Source: Pseudolabrys sp. (lineage in GTDB: Bacteria; Pseudomonadota; Alphaproteobacteria; Rhizobiales; Xanthobacteraceae). From it: 64,000 nucleotides of DNA. Below are positions 48,111 through 58,337 of this stretch, piece by piece. The notes beneath the pieces are model-generated. The model was not told the origin of the DNA. It saw nothing but the letters and a program-made list of their open reading frames with translations, and did no database searches. The stretch spans positions 2,606 through 66,605 of the forward strand of contig DASRLF010000020.1 of NCBI GenBank assembly GCA_035648555.1, read 5' to 3'. Position 1 is the stretch's first letter. Each line of letters begins with the position of its first letter. Both the position numbers and the translations under genes were made by a program.

Positions 48111-48875
48111 CTAGCGCGAGGCGTCCGGCAGCCCATAGCGATGGAGATTGCTGCCATGCGCGTCGAGCCAGGCCTTGGCGCGCGCGACATGGGGGCAGAT
48201 GCGCTCGACCACGCGCCAGAATCGCCGCGAATGGTTCATCTCGATCAGATGCGCGGCCTCGTGCGCGGCGAGATAGTCGAGCACGAACGGCGGCGCGAAG
48301 ATCAGTCGCCAAGAATAAGACAGTACGCCGGTGGTCGAGCACGAACCCCAGCGGCTCGACGGATCGCGGATCGACACCCGCTTGAAGGGAACGCCGAGAT
48401 CCTCGGCCGCGCGCCGGCTGGCGATCTCCAGATCGGTTTTGACCTCGCGCCTGAGATAATCCGAAACCCTGCGCGCAATGTGCGGCGCCTCGCCGGCGAC
48501 ACATAGCAAACGCTCGCCACTGTCATCGGTCTCGGTCCACACCGTGCCGCGTGACCCGCGCCGGTGCACGATGCGGTGGTCGATGCCGCGCAGCGGGATC
48601 GTAGCACCAGGCGCGAACGGCGCCGGCGCCGGCAATCGGCCGAGCCGCGCGGCGATCCAGCCGCCGTGCTTCTCCGCGAATTCGCGCGCCTGCTTCAGGC
48701 TGCCGCGCGGCGGCATGGTGAGCACGACTTCGCGGGTGGCGGACTGGATGCGCAAGGTGTAACGCCGCGCTTGCCGGTGACGCCGCACGCGCACCAAATA
48801 GATCTCGCGGTCGAAGGTGACGCTGATCGCCGGCGGCTCGCTCGGCCGTCGGTAAAGAAGCGCGCGCAATGGCAT
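48111..48875 (-). CDS. M48/YgjP (DUF45) family metal-dependent hydrolase
   Basis: SRWGSCS, LSYSWRL, HEAAH zinc motif, NHSRRFW. Confidence 0.88.
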   Translation of the reverse strand: MPLRALLYRRPSEPPAISVTFDREIYLVRVRRHRQARRYTLRIQSATREVVLTMPPRGSLKQAREFAEKHGGWIAARLGRLPAPAPFAPGATIPLRGIDHRIVHRRGSRGTVWTETDDSGERLLCVAGEAPHIARRVSDYLRREVKTDLEIASRRAAEDLGVPFKRVSIRDPSSRWGSCSTTGVLSYSWRLIFAPPFVLDYLAAHEAAHLIEMNHSRRFWRVVERICPHVARAKAWLDAHGSNLHRYGLPDASR

Positions 48876-48993
48876 GCGAAGGGTCCGCCCGATCCCGAAA
48901 TGTCTCGGAAATATTGCCATATTCGCCGCCGTTCGCCACGCGGTTTTGCGCGGCCGAAAATGCCGCAATGACGCAAGGGCTTACACGTAAAGA

Positions 48994-50400
48994 CTAGCGG
49001 CGGGCCGCGGCCACCTTGGCCGGACGGGCGGCACTGCCGCGTCCGCCATTATGCGACAGCGCGAAGTCCGCGATGCGGGGCGCGATCTCGGCGCGGAAGC
49101 GCGAGCCGTTGAACACGCCGTAATGGCCGACCGCCGGCTGGAGATAATGCGCTTTATTCTCGGCCGGAATGCCCGAGCACAAAGCGTGCGCGGCCTCGGT
49201 CTGGCCGACCCCGGAAATGTCGTCGTGCTCGCCTTCGATGGTCAACAGCGCGACGCGCGTGATCATGCCCGGATCGATCATGCGGCCGCGATGGGTCATC
49301 TCACCTTTCGGCAGCGCGTGGCGGATGAACACCGTGTCGACGGTCTGCAGATAGAACTCGGCGGCGAGATCCATGACGGCGAGATATTCGTCATAGAACT
49401 CGCGGTGCTTCTGCGCCGAATCGCCGTCGCCTTTGACCAGATTGGTGAACAGTTCGCGATGCGCCTCGAGATGGCGCTCGAGATTCATGGTCATGAAGCC
49501 GCTGAGCTGCAGGAAGCCCGGATAGACATCACGCATGAAACCGGAATGCGGGAACGGTACCTTGGTGATGACATGGGTGCGGAACCATTCGAGACCGCGA
49601 TCCTCGGCCAGCTTGTTGACCGAATTTGAATTGATGCGGGTGTCGATCGGCCCGCCCATCAGCACCATCGAATGCGGGACGTAAGGATCCTTGTCGGCTT
49701 CCATCAGTGCGACCGCCGCCAGCACCGGCACCGAAGGCTGGCACACCGCGATCACATGCACGTCGCCCGCCAGCATGTGCAGAATGGAAATGATGTAGTC
49801 GATATAGTCGTCGAGATCGAAACGGCCGGCGCTGACCGGCACCGAGCGGGCGTTGCGCCACTCCGTGATGTAGACGTCGTGGTTGGGCAGAAAGGTCTCG
49901 ACGGTGCCGCGCAACAGCGTGGGGTAGTGACCGGACATCGGCGCGACGATCAACAATTTCGGCTGCGGACGCCGCGGCACATGCGGGAAGGCGCGCTCGA
50001 AGTGCAGCAGCCGGCAGAACGGGCGCTCCCACACCGTGTTGATGTGAACCGGCACGCGTTCGCCGCCGACGGTCGTTGAATCGATCCGCCACTCCGGCCG
50101 CGCATAACGGCGCGTCGACCGCTCGAACAATTCCGCGGCGGCCGCGACCGACTTGCCGTAGGTGGTGTGTGCGAACGGATTGGCGGGGTTCTTGAAGAAC
50201 AGCCGTGTGGCGTCGGCTAGCGCGCGCGACGGATCGAGCGCGGCCTGGCCCATCTCGTAAAGCCAGTACATCGGGGTCGACAGCAAAACGCCGTTGTCGC
50301 CGGGCAGCGTTGCTGCCCCGTCGAATTCGCCAATCGGCATCTGCCTTTTCCCCGCCCTCGCGCTTTGCTGCGCTGCAGCAGGGTGTCGTTTTTCGGTCAT
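48994..50400 (-). CDS. phaZ: Intracellular polyhydroxyalkanoate depolymerase (start may be 50340)
   Basis: LIVAPMSGHYPTLLRGT, AVCQP (Cys nucleophile), GGPID, VYPGFLQL, EGEHDDISG, GHYGVFNG. Confidence 0.93.
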   Translation of the reverse strand: MTEKRHPAAAQQSARAGKRQMPIGEFDGAATLPGDNGVLLSTPMYWLYEMGQAALDPSRALADATRLFFKNPANPFAHTTYGKSVAAAAELFERSTRRYARPEWRIDSTTVGGERVPVHINTVWERPFCRLLHFERAFPHVPRRPQPKLLIVAPMSGHYPTLLRGTVETFLPNHDVYITEWRNARSVPVSAGRFDLDDYIDYIISILHMLAGDVHVIAVCQPSVPVLAAVALMEADKDPYVPHSMVLMGGPIDTRINSNSVNKLAEDRGLEWFRTHVITKVPFPHSGFMRDVYPGFLQLSGFMTMNLERHLEAHRELFTNLVKGDGDSAQKHREFYDEYLAVMDLAAEFYLQTVDTVFIRHALPKGEMTHRGRMIDPGMITRVALLTIEGEHDDISGVGQTEAAHALCSGIPAENKAHYLQPAVGHYGVFNGSRFRAEIAPRIADFALSHNGGRGSAARPAKVAAARR

Positions 50401-50485
50401 GGCGTCAATATAGAGCTAAGCCCTTGGCGTCCGGTTTACACCCCCGAAGCCGCCGAGAAAGCACTAAAAACGCGGACTTTTCGAC

Positions 50486-51298
50486 TTATTCACCGCCCTG
50501 AAGCAGCGACCCATGGATCCGGGCGCTGGCCAGCAGCTTGAGGAAGGCAAATGACGCAGCTGCGAACAGCACGACATTAAACGCCAGCGCCTCCAGCATT
50601 AGATCGACGCGGAACACATGCTCGATCAGCAGCGCGCGCATGCCTTCGAACACATAAGTCGGCGGCAGCGACCAGGCGACGTATTGCAGCCAGCCCGGCA
50701 ACACCGTCACCGGATAATAGACGCAGGTGAGCGGCAGAAACAAAAACATGATGGTCCAAGCCATACTCTCGGCGCCCATGCCGTTGCGCAGCAAAAGCCC
50801 GGCGACGAAAATCCCGATCGCCCAGCTGGTCAGCATCAAATTGGCGAAGAAAGCGACCAGCGCGAAGCCGAGCGACCACAGGTTAAATTCGAAAAACGCC
50901 AGCGCCAGTAGCGTCACCGGAATCATGCCGATCAGCAAGCGCACGATGCTCATGATCATCAGGCTGGCGATGAACTCGACCGGGCGCAGCGGCGACATCA
51001 TCAGGTTGCCGAGATTGCGCGACCACATTTCCTCGAGAAACGAAATCGAAAATCCGAGCTGGCCGCGGAATAAAACGTCCCACAACAATACGGCGCCGAT
51101 GAATACGCCGGCGGCGCGCACGAACGGACCGCCGTTCTGCGATACGTATAGCTGCAGGAAGCCCCACATCAGCATCTGCACCGTCGGCCAATAGATCAGA
51201 TCGAGGATGCGCGGCCAGGACGAGCGCAGCAGATACCAATAGCGCCGCACCATGGCGGCGACGCGATTGACGGAAAAATCGACGCCGGCGTCGCTCAT
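50486..51298 (-). CDS. ABC-2 type transporter permease
   Basis: 6 TM segments; EEMWSRNL, VYYPVTVLPGWLQ...LPPTY. Confidence 0.9.
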   Translation of the reverse strand: MSDAGVDFSVNRVAAMVRRYWYLLRSSWPRILDLIYWPTVQMLMWGFLQLYVSQNGGPFVRAAGVFIGAVLLWDVLFRGQLGFSISFLEEMWSRNLGNLMMSPLRPVEFIASLMIMSIVRLLIGMIPVTLLALAFFEFNLWSLGFALVAFFANLMLTSWAIGIFVAGLLLRNGMGAESMAWTIMFLFLPLTCVYYPVTVLPGWLQYVAWSLPPTYVFEGMRALLIEHVFRVDLMLEALAFNVVLFAAASFAFLKLLASARIHGSLLQGGE

Positions 51299-52062
51299 TG
51301 CGCGGCCTCGCGTTGACCGTTACGTCCGCGTGCGACGTCGAGAAACACCTCTTCCAACGTTTCGCGCCCGTAACGCGCCAGCAGCCGCTGCGGCGTGTCG
51401 TCGTCCTCAATACGGCCGGTCTTCATGATGATGACACGCTCGCACAATCGCTCGACTTCCGTCATATTATGTGAGGCGAGCAGCACGGTCGCGCCATGCG
51501 TGACGCGATGATGCTCGAGCCTGGAGCGCACCCAATCGGCGGTGTCGGGGTCGAGCGATGCTGTTGGTTCGTCGAGTAGCAGGACTTCGGGGCGATTAAG
51601 CAGCGCCTTGGCGAGCGAGACGCGGGTCTTCTGCCCGGCCGACAGCTTGCCGGTGTCGCGGTCGAGAAATTCAGTAAGATCGAGATCGGCGGCCAGCTCG
51701 GCGATGCGCTTGCCGATATCGGCGACCGCGTACAACTGCGCGAACACCGAGAGATTTTGCCGCACCGTCAACCGCAGCGGCAGAGCCACATAGGGACTTT
51801 CGAAATTCATCCGATGCAGCACGTCGTAACGCTGCTGCGGCATTTGTGCGCCCAGCACGGTGACGGTGCCGGAGGTGGGCGCGATCAGGCCCATGATGGT
51901 GGCGATGGTAGTGGTCTTGCCGGCGCCATTGCCGCCGAGCAGCCCGGTGATCGAACCCGGCGCGAGGCGGAACGAAATGCCGTCGACCGCCGCCACGGTC
52001 TTGTAGCGCTTGACCAGGTTTTCGACGGCGACGGCCGGCGTGTCAGAGTGCGGCAAAATCAC
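51295..52062 (-). CDS. ABC transporter ATP-binding protein
   Basis: GGNGAGKTT, LSAGQ, LLLDEPT, ASH; GTG start overlaps the mmcB stop. Confidence 0.93.
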   Translation of the reverse strand: MILPHSDTPAVAVENLVKRYKTVAAVDGISFRLAPGSITGLLGGNGAGKTTTIATIMGLIAPTSGTVTVLGAQMPQQRYDVLHRMNFESPYVALPLRLTVRQNLSVFAQLYAVADIGKRIAELAADLDLTEFLDRDTGKLSAGQKTRVSLAKALLNRPEVLLLDEPTASLDPDTADWVRSRLEHHRVTHGATVLLASHNMTEVERLCERVIIMKTGRIEDDDTPQRLLARYGRETLEEVFLDVARGRNGQREAAQ

Positions 52063-52547
52063 ACCACATCGCCGTAAGGCCCGGCCGGATCGGCGAGCGA
52101 CTGCAAGCGCTGCGCTGCGGCGCGCGCGAATAGTAGCAGCATGGCTTTGCGCGTCGGCGCCGGCAATTTGTGCTCGGGCGCCGCGCACACCATTTGCGCG
52201 CCGAAGGCATCGGCCACGATCAGCCCGGTGTCGGGCGGGAAAATCTCATTTGGCACGTCCATGCACGTGGCAAAGAACAGCCGGTCGCAATGGGTGCGGT
52301 AGTCCTGCCATTTCTGGTCGGCGCGATAATCAGCAACCGAGGATTTGATCTCGACGATCCAGATTTCGCCGCCGGCATCGAGCGCGACCAGATCGGCCCG
52401 GCGGCCGGAGGGCAGCGGCAATTCGCTGACCACGCTGAAGCCGTGGGCGTGCAGCAGCCGCGCGGTGCCGCGCGCGACCCGTAAAGCGGTTTCCGACTGG
52501 CGGCCGTCAACGGGGAGTTCCAGCGGCTGTTTGGCGGCGAGGTTCAT
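52059..52547 (-). CDS. mmcB: MmcB-family DNA repair endonuclease (PD-(D/E)xK)
   Basis: [30 protein letters not shown]...CDRLFFA. Confidence 0.88.
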   Translation of the reverse strand: MNLAAKQPLELPVDGRQSETALRVARGTARLLHAHGFSVVSELPLPSGRRADLVALDAGGEIWIVEIKSSVADYRADQKWQDYRTHCDRLFFATCMDVPNEIFPPDTGLIVADAFGAQMVCAAPEHKLPAPTRKAMLLLFARAAAQRLQSLADPAGPYGDVV

Positions 52548-53641
52548 GGCGTCAGTTTAGCACGTTCCGGAAACGCGGCGGCAAGCGCGGCGCGGCTCGC
52601 CGCAATCACGCCGCGCTCGGTGATCAGCCCCGTGACCAGTCGGGCCGGCGTGACGTCGAAACCGTAATTGGCTACCGGCGAACCATCCGGAACGATCTGC
52701 ACGGCTTCGATGCGGCCGTCTTTGGTCTTGCCGGTCATCATGGTGACCTCGTCGGCGCTACGCTGCTCGATCGGGATTTCGCTCAGTCCGTCGCTAATGG
52801 AAAAGTCGATGGTCGGCGACGGCAGCGCCACATAAAACGGCACTTTGTTGTCGTGGGCGGCCAGCGCCTTTAAATAAGTGCCGATCTTGTTGCAGACATC
52901 ACCCTGCGCGGTAACGCGGTCGGTGCCGACGATGACAAGATCGACCATGCCGTGCTGCATCAGATGGCCGCCGGTATTGTCCGGAATGACGGTGTGCGGC
53001 ACGCCGTGATGGCCGAGTTCCCAGGCCGTCAACGAGGCCCCCTGATTGCGCGGCCGGGTCTCGTCGGCGAACACATGCACGGGTAAACCCTTGTCGTGCG
53101 CCATATAGATCGGCGCGGTCGCGGTACCCCAATCCACCGTCGCCAGCCAGCCGGCATTGCAGTGCGTGAGCACGTTGACACGCCCGCCCTTTTTGCGCGC
53201 CACGATTTCCTCGATCAGCTTGAGGCCGTGGCGGCCGATTCCTAAGTTGATCGCGATATCTTCCTCGGCGATTTCATTGGCGCGCTTGAGCGCCGCAGCG
53301 GCGCGCTCAGCCCGCGGGCGGTTACGCACCGCGGCGAGCATTTCGTCGAGCGCCCATTTGAGATTGATCGCGGTCGGCCGCGTGGCAGCGAGCGCCGCGC
53401 AGGCGAGCTCGAGATTGTCGTCGGAGGCATCAGCACGCAGCGCCAGCCAGATGCCATAAGCGGCGGTTGCGCCAATGAGTGGCGCGCCGCGCACCTGCAT
53501 GGATTTGATCGCGTGCACGGCGCCGGCGAGATCGTTAAGCCGCACAATGGCGAAGCGGTGCGGCAGCAAGGTCTGGTCGATGATGCCGACGCCGTCGCCC
53601 GCGACCCAGATCGTGCGCATTTGCTTGCCGTCGATTTTCAT
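52544..53641 (-). CDS. mtnA: S-methyl-5-thioribose-1-phosphate isomerase (methionine salvage)
   Basis: [52 protein letters not shown]. Confidence 0.96.
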   Translation of the reverse strand: MKIDGKQMRTIWVAGDGVGIIDQTLLPHRFAIVRLNDLAGAVHAIKSMQVRGAPLIGATAAYGIWLALRADASDDNLELACAALAATRPTAINLKWALDEMLAAVRNRPRAERAAAALKRANEIAEEDIAINLGIGRHGLKLIEEIVARKKGGRVNVLTHCNAGWLATVDWGTATAPIYMAHDKGLPVHVFADETRPRNQGASLTAWELGHHGVPHTVIPDNTGGHLMQHGMVDLVIVGTDRVTAQGDVCNKIGTYLKALAAHDNKVPFYVALPSPTIDFSISDGLSEIPIEQRSADEVTMMTGKTKDGRIEAVQIVPDGSPVANYGFDVTPARLVTGLITERGVIAASRAALAAAFPERAKLTP

Positions 53642-53717
53642 GGGCTAGAGATAACGCTGTTTGCAGTCCAGGCAAAGCCGGGTAGCTTTCCCGCCGCAAC
53701 AACCGGAGAAGCAGCCC

Positions 53718-54563
53718 GTGCCGCCCATCGACTATGAAAAGGAATACGACAACCGCGGCCGGGTGCCCGAGCATGAAACGATTTTTGCCGGCATGGCCCG
53801 CAATTCGGGGGCCTATCGCGCGGCGGCGCGGAAGGCCGAACTCGGCATTTCCTATGGCCCGAGCGCGCGCCAGATCATCGACTTCTTTCCCGCTGCCGGC
53901 GCGAACGCGCCACTCGCCGTCTTCATTCACGGCGGCTATTGGCGCTCGCGCGACCCGTCGAGCTACAGCCACTTCGCAAAAATCTTGAACGCCAACGGCA
54001 TTTCGGTGGCGGTCGCCGGCTACGATCTGGCCCCGCAGGTCAGCATCGCCGACATTATCGAACAGATGCGCGCGGCGTGCCTGCATCTGTGGCGAAAGCA
54101 CAAACAGCGCCTGTTCGTGTTCGGCCATTCCGCCGGCGGCCACCTCACCGCCTGCATGCTGGCGACCGATTGGAAGAGGCTCGATTCGAGCGCGCCGCCG
54201 GATCTGGTGCCCGCCGCCTATGCCATCTCCGGCGTGTTCGATCTCATGCCGCTGCTGCATGTGTCGACCAATGCCGACTTCAAGCTGAATGAAGCTTCCG
54301 CCCGCGCGTCGTCGCCGGTTTACTGGAAGGTACCGGCCGGGCGCATATTCGACGCCGTGGTCGGCAGCATCGAATCGGACGAATTTATCCGCCAGACCCG
54401 AATGATCGCCGACGAATGGGCGAAGCATGGCGTCACGACGCGATACGGCGAGATTGAAGGCGCCAACCATTTCACCGTGGTCGACCCGCTCAACGATCCC
54501 GATAGCGCGATGAGCTTGCGGCTGATCGAACTGGCCAAACAGGTGAAGGCGCTGCCGCTCTAG
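53718..54563 (+). CDS. Alpha/beta hydrolase (kynurenine formamidase/esterase-like)
   Basis: FIHGGYW, GHSAGG nucleophile elbow, NHF; GTG start after GGAG. Confidence 0.88.
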   Translation: MPPIDYEKEYDNRGRVPEHETIFAGMARNSGAYRAAARKAELGISYGPSARQIIDFFPAAGANAPLAVFIHGGYWRSRDPSSYSHFAKILNANGISVAVAGYDLAPQVSIADIIEQMRAACLHLWRKHKQRLFVFGHSAGGHLTACMLATDWKRLDSSAPPDLVPAAYAISGVFDLMPLLHVSTNADFKLNEASARASSPVYWKVPAGRIFDAVVGSIESDEFIRQTRMIADEWAKHGVTTRYGEIEGANHFTVVDPLNDPDSAMSLRLIELAKQVKALPL

Positions 54564-54573
54564 AACTTTGCGC

Positions 54574-54614
54574 GTGATCTTTTCCGAAAATCGGTTCCCA
54601 CTTTTCGGGATCAC
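54574..54614. repeat. Rhizobiales-type palindromic intergenic repeat between convergent genes
   Basis: GTGATC-TTTT-CCGAAAA-TCGGTTCCCAC-TTTTCGG-GATCAC; the minus strand reads ...DPEKWEPIFGKDH..., a familiar repeat-derived pseudo-peptide. Confidence 0.7.
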
Positions 54615-54617
54615 CCG

Positions 54618-55832
<1,215 letters not shown>

Positions 55833-55959
55833 GGCGATCTCCTCGGAATTTCTTGGCGGGCATTATAGCGCGGCCTGTAGCTGGCTAGCCAACGCTCCGC
55901 TCGCCCTATTCTTTGCGGCGGGGGTACGCCGTATTCTTCCCGCCTTCACGGGGACAAGC

Positions 55960-56347
55960 TTTTCCCCTCGCATAAAGCGAGGGCGTGGAGCGCCAAGCGG
56001 CGCACCAGTCTTCCGTCTAGCCGCATCCTCTTTGAAGGATGCGGGCGCCTCTCGGCGCTCCACAGCGGCGTTTTCCTTCCGGCGCCGGGCCGCGCTTTCG
56101 GGGTCCGTTTCGCCTTGCCGTTGGCTCTGAGTTGCGATGCCTTACGGGTCAATCGCGCCTTTCGAGCTTCGGGCAAGCCTCAACGGCCCGCCATCAGCCA
56201 GCTCCTGGCAGGGACCCATAGTGGTCCCGGGCGGAGCCCTGGCGCTGCCCGGATGCGGGGGGGTACGTTTCGTCCCCTGCCCGCAGGCGCCGCACTCTGC
56301 TCCATCTCCGAAACGTCTCGCGAAGACGCCCCCAATGAGCAAAGCTC
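55960..56347 (-). ncRNA. Candidate large structured non-coding RNA or structured interspersed element (~390 nt)
   Basis: Continuous nested helices and GNRA loops on the minus strand; G.U pairs valid only on the minus strand; upstream TTGACT-N17-TATATT promoter; no credible ORF. Confidence 0.55.
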
Positions 56348-56351
56348 TTGG

Positions 56352-56380
56352 AATATAATCCTACCATAGAAAAGAGTCAA
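56352..56380 (-). promoter_or_regulatory. Sigma70-like promoter driving the structured element
   Basis: Minus strand: TTGACT (56380-56375), 17-nt spacer, TATATT (56357-56352). Confidence 0.65.
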
Positions 56381-56391
56381 GCCGGATTTTT

Positions 56392-56548
56392 CTTCCCCTC
56401 TCCCCTTTTGGGGAGAGGGTGCCGAGCGAACGTCAGTGAGCGAGGCGGGTGAGGGGTTACGGACTATCGTGAGACTATGACCCATCACCCGGCTCGCGCT
56501 TCGCTATCGCTCCGCGCGATCCACCCTCTCCCTCAAGGGAGAGGGAAG
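56392..56548. repeat. REP doublet / miniature inverted-repeat element (CCCTCTCCC...GGGAGAGGG class)
   Basis: Left hairpin CCCTCTCCCC-TTTT-GGGGAGAGGG (56396-56419); right hairpin CCCTCTCCCT-CA-AGGGAGAGGG (56524-56545); inner GGGTGAGGGG/CCCATCACCC; outer CTTCCC/GGGAAG. Confidence 0.8.
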
Positions 56549-56590
56549 TAAGAAGAGCGCCTCACAAAACAGAATCTTCAGCCCACAAAC

Positions 56591-56620
56591 AAAAACCCCG
56601 CCGGCGTCCCGGCGGGGCTT
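56591..56620 (-). terminator. Rho-independent terminator of hup
   Basis: Stem CCCCGCCGG-CGTC-CCGGCGGGG; plus-strand A5 gives a U tract on the minus strand; about 25 nt after the hup stop. Confidence 0.85.
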
Positions 56621-56643
56621 TGCGCGCCTAACAGAAGACGGCG

Positions 56644-56928
56644 TCAGATCGCCATCTTGAGTTCCTTGGTGGCGCGAAACGCTACCTTGCGGCTGGCCTT
56701 GATCTGGATCGGCTCGCCGGTCGCGGGATTACGGCCCATGCGGGCGGCGCGCTTGCGCACTTGCAGGATGCCGAGCCCGGCGATCTTCACCCGCTCGCCC
56801 TTTTTCAGGTGCTTGGTGATCAGACCGACGAGGTCTTCGAGCATTTCCTTGCCCTGCTTTTTCGTGAGTGAATGCTGATCGGCCAGCGTGTCGGCCAGAT
56901 GCTTGGTGGTGATCGGCTTGTCTGCCAT
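56644..56928 (-). CDS. hup: HU family DNA-binding protein
   Basis: LKKGERVKIAGLG.LQVRKRAARMGRNPATGEPIQIKAS.KVAFRA; AGGAG RBS. Confidence 0.95.
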   Translation of the reverse strand: MADKPITTKHLADTLADQHSLTKKQGKEMLEDLVGLITKHLKKGERVKIAGLGILQVRKRAARMGRNPATGEPIQIKASRKVAFRATKELKMAI

Positions 56929-57049
56929 GACGTAGCTCCTGTTGCGCACCATGCGCCGTTGAATCAGCCCTATGAGATTCGCAGCCATCGGGAAAGGGCG
57001 AATACGCATAAAAACACAGAAAGTCGGGCTTTTTTGCAGTGCGGTGGGG

Positions 57050-57080
57050 CGTTGCCGCTGGCGGGGGTTTCGTCTATTCC
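57050..57080 (+). repeat. 31-bp direct repeat copy 1 (sigma70-like promoter TTGCCG-N17-TATTCC)
   Basis: CGTTGCCGCTGGCGGGGGTTTCGTCTATTCC, identical to 58221-58251. Confidence 0.9.
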
Positions 57081-57142
57081 GACCCGGGGCGCCCTCCAGA
57101 CGTCCTTCCGAGGCGCGTCGACGATGGCCGCACAGTATTCCG

Positions 57143-58204
57143 ATGGGTGATGTCTACAAACCGGTGCGCGTCGCGGCAGTGCAAGCCGCTTCTGTTTTTC
57201 TCGACCGGGAGGGATCGACCGAGAAAGCATGCCGGCTCATTCGTGAAGCCGGCGCGCAGGGCGCCCGCGTGATCGGCTTCCCCGAAGGCTTCATTCCGGC
57301 GCACCCGGTCTGGTTTCACCATCACGCCGCGACCGCCGGCATCTCGAACAGACTGTCGGTGGAGCTGTTCAAGAACGCCGTCGAAGTCCCCGGCGCCGAA
57401 ACGGAGGCGCTCTGCGCGGCGGCGCGCGACGCCAACGCCTATGTCGTCATCGGCTTGTGCGAGAAACTTCCGAACACGCTGGGCACCCTGTTCAACACGC
57501 AGCTCTATATCGGACCGGACGGCGGCCTCATCCGCAAACATCAGAAGATCATGCCGACAGTCGGAGAACGGCTGGTGCACGCCGGCGGGCATGGCGACAC
57601 GTTCGGCGCATTTGCGACCGAGTTCGGGCCGGCATCCGGCCTGATATGCGGCGAGAACTCAAATCCGCTGGCGATCTTCGCGCTGATCGCCGAAGGCACC
57701 CGCATTCACGTCATGAGCTGGCCCAATCATTTTCCGACCAGCGGAGATCCGCTGCGCAACCGGGTCGCCATCGACTCGCAGGCCTTCGCCCAGATGAGCA
57801 AGGCCTTCGTGATTTCCGCCTGCGGAACCGTCGACGAAGCGATGATCAAGATGCTCAATGTCGGTCCCGAGGGCGAACGGTTCCTAAGAAACCCGGACTG
57901 CTGCGGCGGCAGTTTGATTGTCGACCCGATGAGCCGGATTATCGCGGGGCCGATGGGGCCGGAAGAAGGGATTCTGTACGCCGACTGCGACCTGGAACTC
58001 GCCATCCAGATGAAACTGCGGCACGATTTCGCGGGCCACTACAATCGCCCCGATATTTTCCAGCTTCATGTCAATCGCGCGGCGCCGCAGCTCTATCACG
58101 TGCACAACGCCGAACTCCCTCTGGAGCTCGGAACGGATGCGCCAGGCGCCCTGCCGCGGCCGACGGGGCGTTTAGCGCCGCCCGAAACAGAACCGCAGCA
58201 ATAA
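57143..58204 (+). CDS. Nitrilase (carbon-nitrogen hydrolase superfamily)
   Basis: RVAAVQAA, catalytic E (FPEG), K (HQKIMPT), C (ICGEN), GHYNRPDIF. Confidence 0.9.
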   Translation: MGDVYKPVRVAAVQAASVFLDREGSTEKACRLIREAGAQGARVIGFPEGFIPAHPVWFHHHAATAGISNRLSVELFKNAVEVPGAETEALCAAARDANAYVVIGLCEKLPNTLGTLFNTQLYIGPDGGLIRKHQKIMPTVGERLVHAGGHGDTFGAFATEFGPASGLICGENSNPLAIFALIAEGTRIHVMSWPNHFPTSGDPLRNRVAIDSQAFAQMSKAFVISACGTVDEAMIKMLNVGPEGERFLRNPDCCGGSLIVDPMSRIIAGPMGPEEGILYADCDLELAIQMKLRHDFAGHYNRPDIFQLHVNRAAPQLYHVHNAELPLELGTDAPGALPRPTGRLAPPETEPQQ

Positions 58205-58220
58205 TCCGATCTGCCAGGCC

Positions 58221-58251
58221 CGTTGCCGCTGGCGGGGGTTTCGTCTATTCC
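58221..58251 (+). repeat. 31-bp direct repeat copy 2 (probable tRNA-Arg promoter)
   Basis: Identical to 57050-57080; ends 9 nt before the tRNA 5' end. Confidence 0.9.
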
Positions 58252-58260
58252 TGCGTTCAG

Positions 58261-58337
58261 GCGCCCGTAGCTCAGCTGGATAGAGCGTTGCCCTCCGAAG
58301 GCAAAGGTCGGACGTTCGAATCGTCTCGGGCGCGCCA
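58261..58337 (+). tRNA. tRNA-Arg (anticodon CCG)
   Basis: Acceptor GCGCCCG/CGGGCGC, D arm with GGA, anticodon stem TTGCC/GGCAA with loop CTCCGAA, T loop TTCGAAT, encoded CCA. Confidence 0.98.

Noticed and set aside
48994-50400. Missing Ser lipase box in PhaZ
   Set aside because: A Cys nucleophile (AVCQP) is the established feature of intracellular PhaZ depolymerases.
52544-53641. mtnA as part of the MetE-like system
   Set aside because: It lies 40 kb away in the mmcB/ABC housekeeping block, and no shared upstream GTGGG motif was seen.
55960-56347. Identification of the structured element as RNase P RNA, tmRNA, 6S, SRP or a group II intron
   Set aside because: No GAGGAAAGUCC or terminal RNase P helix, no tRNA-like ends or tag frame, wrong size for 6S and SRP, and no domain V consensus seen.
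55863-56488. Short ORFs across the gcdH-hup intergenic region
   Set aside because: Low-complexity Arg/Pro/Ala translations of palindromic DNA, with no RBS or family motifs.
58261-58337. tRNA-Arg as attachment site of a prophage or ICE
   Set aside because: No integrase and no second copy of the tRNA 3' end in the window; only the upstream promoter is duplicated.
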